From: Schmidtea polychroa
Lineage: Eukaryota
Assembly: GCA_044892525.1 (NCBI GenBank)
Contig: CM097885.1
Coordinates: 171,616,001-171,680,000, forward strand
Reading direction: 5' to 3'
Length of the DNA: 64,000 nt
In this document: in pieces, positions 62,880 to 64,000 of the stretch
How the letters are laid out: the number at the start of each line of letters is the position of its first letter
Position numbering within the stretch: position 1 is the first letter of the stretch
Translations under genes and position numbers: made by a program
The notes under the pieces: model-generated
Databases searched by the model: none
What the model was told of the DNA's origin: nothing
The model's input: the letters and a program-made list of their open reading frames with translations, nothing else

Positions 62880-63699
62880 AGTTGGGGTTCAACAAGAGAT
62901 GCACAAAAATGAGGTGAAAATCGATAAAAACACCAAATTCAAAATAAAAATTTAAAGTACAAAATATTAATTAAAAATCAAAAATTTTAAAAAATGAATA
63001 TTTTCTGGGGGAAACTGGTATGGGCGGATGCTAAATAATGAGACGAGTTCAGCTATAATAAAATAAAATCAATGGGGGTTCCTAAAAGGAATAAATTACA
63101 AAAAACAAAAATTAATTAACTAATGGAAAACCCGAGCTAATGGGAAACCCGAGCTAATGGAGAACCCGAGCTAATGAGAAACCCGAGACAATGGAAAACC
63201 CGAGCGAATTGAGAAATCCAATTTTGGGAAGGCAATTAATTTAGCCGGAGAAATCCAATTTTTGGAAGGCAATTAATTTAGCCGGATAAAATAAAAGTGA
63301 CAAGAGCCGTCAAAGAAAATGAGCCAATTCCCTTAAATTGAATTAGACTTCCAAGAGGAAGCCCGGGGGGAAGTAAGACCAAAACTAATTGGCAAAAATA
63401 AAGTCAATTACCAAGTGGGTTTAAAAGCAACTGGCAAGAAAACAAAACTGCCAGTTGGTCGAAGAAGAGAAAGTCGAAGTTTAACGAGAGCGAAAAAGGA
63501 AATATTAAAGTTGAGATTTCTTGGCAAATTGAAAAGTCCAGACAAAACCTGATTATATCAAGTGTGAGTGAACTAATAAAAAGTGTAAAAGTGTAACTGC
63601 ACCAATGTTAATAAAGATTTTGTGTTGGGTCGTTTATTTATTTTGAAAAGAACACAAAGGAGTCAGACCGTAGTACCGACTTACATTAAAAACCCAACA
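62880..63699 (+). mobile_element. solo LTR of the same family, ~820 bp
   Basis: Starts (A)GTTGGGG and ends AACCCAACA; possible AAAA TSD (weak, in an A-run); five tandem 17-nt units (consensus TAATGGAAAACCCGAGC) at 63121-63205; a ~39-nt direct duplication at ~63211-63287. Confidence 0.7.
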
Positions 63700-64000
63700 A
63701 AAATAAAATCATACACACGATGGGACAATGAACAAAAGCTTTAATAAAATACTTAGAAAATTTTTTTAAAAAATATGAAAGTACTTTAAAGTAAAGGTCA
63801 CACCACTTGACATAAAAAAATTATTTTGAAAAATGAAAATGCCTGGATAAATTTGAAAATTTTAAGGTAACACCACTTAGAAATTTTTATATAAAAATAC
63901 TTAGAAAAAATCAACAAATTACTAGAAAAAATCACTTGGAATATTTACAAAATATTTCCAAATCAAAAAATCCCCATAAAAAATTTCCCAAAATTTTCCT

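Noticed and set aside
63121-63205. 17-nt repeats as a CRISPR array
   Set aside because: Units are contiguous with no unique spacers, lie inside an LTR-like element, and the context is eukaryotic with no cas genes.

Overview
A very AT-rich eukaryotic (animal) scaffold segment with GT-AG introns of 42-66 nt alongside multi-kb introns full of transposons, and two N gaps. The organism cannot be fixed from the sequence; the intron sizes and transposon mix would fit a planarian-like invertebrate (inference). Four host genes are supported: (1) a multi-exon RhoGAP of the ARHGAP17/44/SH3BP1 (RICH/Nadrin) type on +, with 9 phase-compatible exons from 15434 to 40507 and unresolved ends; (2) an intronless DEG/ENaC channel on - (46902-48917); (3) an intronless secreted protein on - (53669-54223) with 12 cysteines at an almost perfect 11-residue spacing; (4) a complete 5-exon MCTS1 on + (60274-61019). 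Most of the rest is mobile DNA: several hAT families (one full-length 2.9-kb copy with intact TIRs and 8-bp TSD), piggyBac and Tigger/pogo pseudogenes, many MITEs with clean TIR/TSD, a deleted Polinton-type DNA polymerase, Gypsy fragments and three related solo LTRs. The best candidate for something new is the C-X10-C hendecad protein, which looks like a disulfide-laddered helical hairpin. No tRNA, rRNA or CRISPR features were recognised.
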